Of a stretch of 47,618 nt of DNA, positions 46,198 through 47,618 are shown piece by piece. Source of the stretch: Archangiaceae bacterium (GTDB lineage Bacteria > Myxococcota > Myxococcia > Myxococcales > Myxococcaceae); assembly GCA_043750125.1 (NCBI GenBank), contig JAYVCD010000112.1:1-47618 (forward strand). Reading direction: 5' to 3'. A program made the translations under genes and the position numbers. The notes beneath the pieces were generated by a model that ran no database searches, was not told where the DNA came from, and saw nothing but the letters and a program-made list of their open reading frames with translations. Numbering within the stretch: the stretch's first letter is position 1; every line of letters starts with the position of its first letter.

Positions 46198-47511
46198 TTG
46201 ACGACCGACCGCCCCCTCACCGATGTTCTCGCTCCGTCTTCGGTTCAGCCGATGCGGTTGAAGTTGCAGATCGTCTCGGGTCCGGACTTCGGAAACGAAT
46301 TCGTCCTCGGTCCCGGGACCCATCGAATCGGGAAGGAAGAGGAAAACGACCTGGTGCTGCACGACAGCGCCGTCTCGCGCCTGCACCTCACCGCCCAGGT
46401 GTTGCCCTCGGGGGTGAGGTTCACCGACAACCAATCGACCAACGGGTCCTTCTGCGACGGAATGCGGTTCACCACCCTCGAGGTCGGGCCCCACGCCACC
46501 ATTCGCATCGGGAACACCGTGTTGCGCGTCGTCCCCACCGACATTCAGCGGCCGGCCCTTCCCCCTTCGAAGTCAGACCATTTCGGCAACCTGTCGGGCG
46601 AAAGCCTGGTGATGCGGCACTTGTTTGCGCTGCTCGAGCGGGTCGCTCCCACCGACATGAACGTCCTGTTGTTGGGCGAGACCGGCACCGGGAAGGACGT
46701 TTGCGCCCGCGCGATTCACGACCAGAGCCCCCGGGCGAAGGCACCGTTCGTGGTCTGCGACCTGGCTGCGATTTCAGCAGAGCTGGTCGAAGCCGAGCTT
46801 TTGGGCCACGTGAAGGGCGCCTTCACCGGAGCGTCCAGCGATCGCGCCGGCCCCTTCGAGCGCGCCAACCACGGGACCATCTTCCTCGACGAGCTGGGCG
46901 AGCTGCCGCTGGACCTGCAGCCCCGACTGCTGCGGGTGCTCGAGAGCCGCGAAGTCCAGCGGGTCGGGGGAACGTCTTCGGCGAAGGTCGATGTCCGGGT
47001 GATTGCCGCGACCCAGCGCGATCTGGGGCAGATGATGCGCGAGGGAAAGTTTCGCGAAGATCTCTACTTTCGGCTCGCGGTGACCACCGTTACCCTGCCC
47101 CCGTTGCGAGATCGCTGGGAAGACATTCCCCTGCTGATGCAGCAGATCGCCCAGAAGTCGGGCAAGCCCCTGGTCGAGTTTGCCCCCGAGACGCGCGCCT
47201 TGCTCTGTGACTACCGCTGGCCCGGAAACGTGCGAGAGCTGCGCAACGTGGTCGAGCGCGCCTTGAGCGTCGACGCGGTGCCGCAGGTTCCTGCCGAAAA
47301 TGACAGCGGGGTTCCGACCGAGGCCCGCGGCACCGGCTTCCATCAAGCCAAGGAACGGCTGGTGATGGCGTTCGAGCGGGACTTCGTCGCCACGCTGTTG
47401 AAGAAGTGCGATGGGAACGTCGCGCTGGCCGCTCGCACCGCCGGAATCGATCGCGCCTACCTGCACCGGCTGATCAAGAAGCAGCGCAAGGGCGAATCGC
47501 TGCCCGACTGA
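46198..47511 (+). CDS. FHA-domain sigma54-dependent enhancer-binding protein (FHA-AAA+-HTH); start is TTG 46198 or ATG 46252
   Basis: FHA: IGK, VSRLH, STNGS; AAA+: GETGTGKD, GHVKGAFTGA, LDELGE, FREDLYFRL, WPGNVRELRN; Fis-type HTH GNVALAAR.AGIDR. Confidence 0.94.
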   Translation: MTTDRPLTDVLAPSSVQPMRLKLQIVSGPDFGNEFVLGPGTHRIGKEEENDLVLHDSAVSRLHLTAQVLPSGVRFTDNQSTNGSFCDGMRFTTLEVGPHATIRIGNTVLRVVPTDIQRPALPPSKSDHFGNLSGESLVMRHLFALLERVAPTDMNVLLLGETGTGKDVCARAIHDQSPRAKAPFVVCDLAAISAELVEAELLGHVKGAFTGASSDRAGPFERANHGTIFLDELGELPLDLQPRLLRVLESREVQRVGGTSSAKVDVRVIAATQRDLGQMMREGKFREDLYFRLAVTTVTLPPLRDRWEDIPLLMQQIAQKSGKPLVEFAPETRALLCDYRWPGNVRELRNVVERALSVDAVPQVPAENDSGVPTEARGTGFHQAKERLVMAFERDFVATLLKKCDGNVALAARTAGIDRAYLHRLIKKQRKGESLPD

Positions 47512-47618
47512 CCCTCCGGCTAGCCCGACCTTCGCAGACTTCGGCGGTTGAGCGGGGTCAGCGATGGTGCTTTCACGAGGGAGGGCCTTGTGCGGGAAGA
47601 TCGCGCAATGGTAGTTGA

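Noticed and set aside
47512-47618. Possible 3' end of a convergent gene at the window edge
   Set aside because: Too short to choose a frame or assign a product.
1-47618. rRNA, tRNA, transposase, integrase or prophage genes
   Set aside because: None recognised; intergenic gaps are short and showed no such structure on manual reading, though small ncRNAs could be missed.

Overview
High-GC chromosomal window from a myxobacterium (Myxococcota; inferred from MYXO-CTERM tails, Cgl/Glt proteins and FHA-sigma54 activators). I found about 39 genes and no RNA genes, CRISPR arrays or mobile elements. All family calls are motif recognition from memory, not database searches. Left to right: a PHB-depolymerase-family esterase (5'-truncated), an aldehyde dehydrogenase, pntAA-pntAB-pntB and rlpA; a PHA locus (phaR divergent from mini-phaE-like / acyl-CoA ligase / class III phaC, with four PhaR-type boxes); a pilY1-pilV-pilW-pilX cluster behind a sigma54-type promoter; three MYXO-CTERM surface hydrolases; a lipoprotein of about 13 tandem knottin-like repeats; an epimerase and an RlmN paralogue; mpg-ECF sigma-anti-sigma-LysR; malQ-tamA-tamB. 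The best candidate for an undescribed system is 36417-47511. It gathers divergent homologues of the outer-membrane gliding-adhesion parts (CglF/GltF, CglB, CglC/GltK, CglE/GltH, GltA, GltB, GltC), which lie in three separate loci in Myxococcus xanthus, and contains no motor genes. It also carries a 20-repeat Cys-rich lipoprotein and its own apparent control circuit: Ser/Thr kinase, pseudokinase, FHA-sigma54 activator and three -24/-12 promoters.
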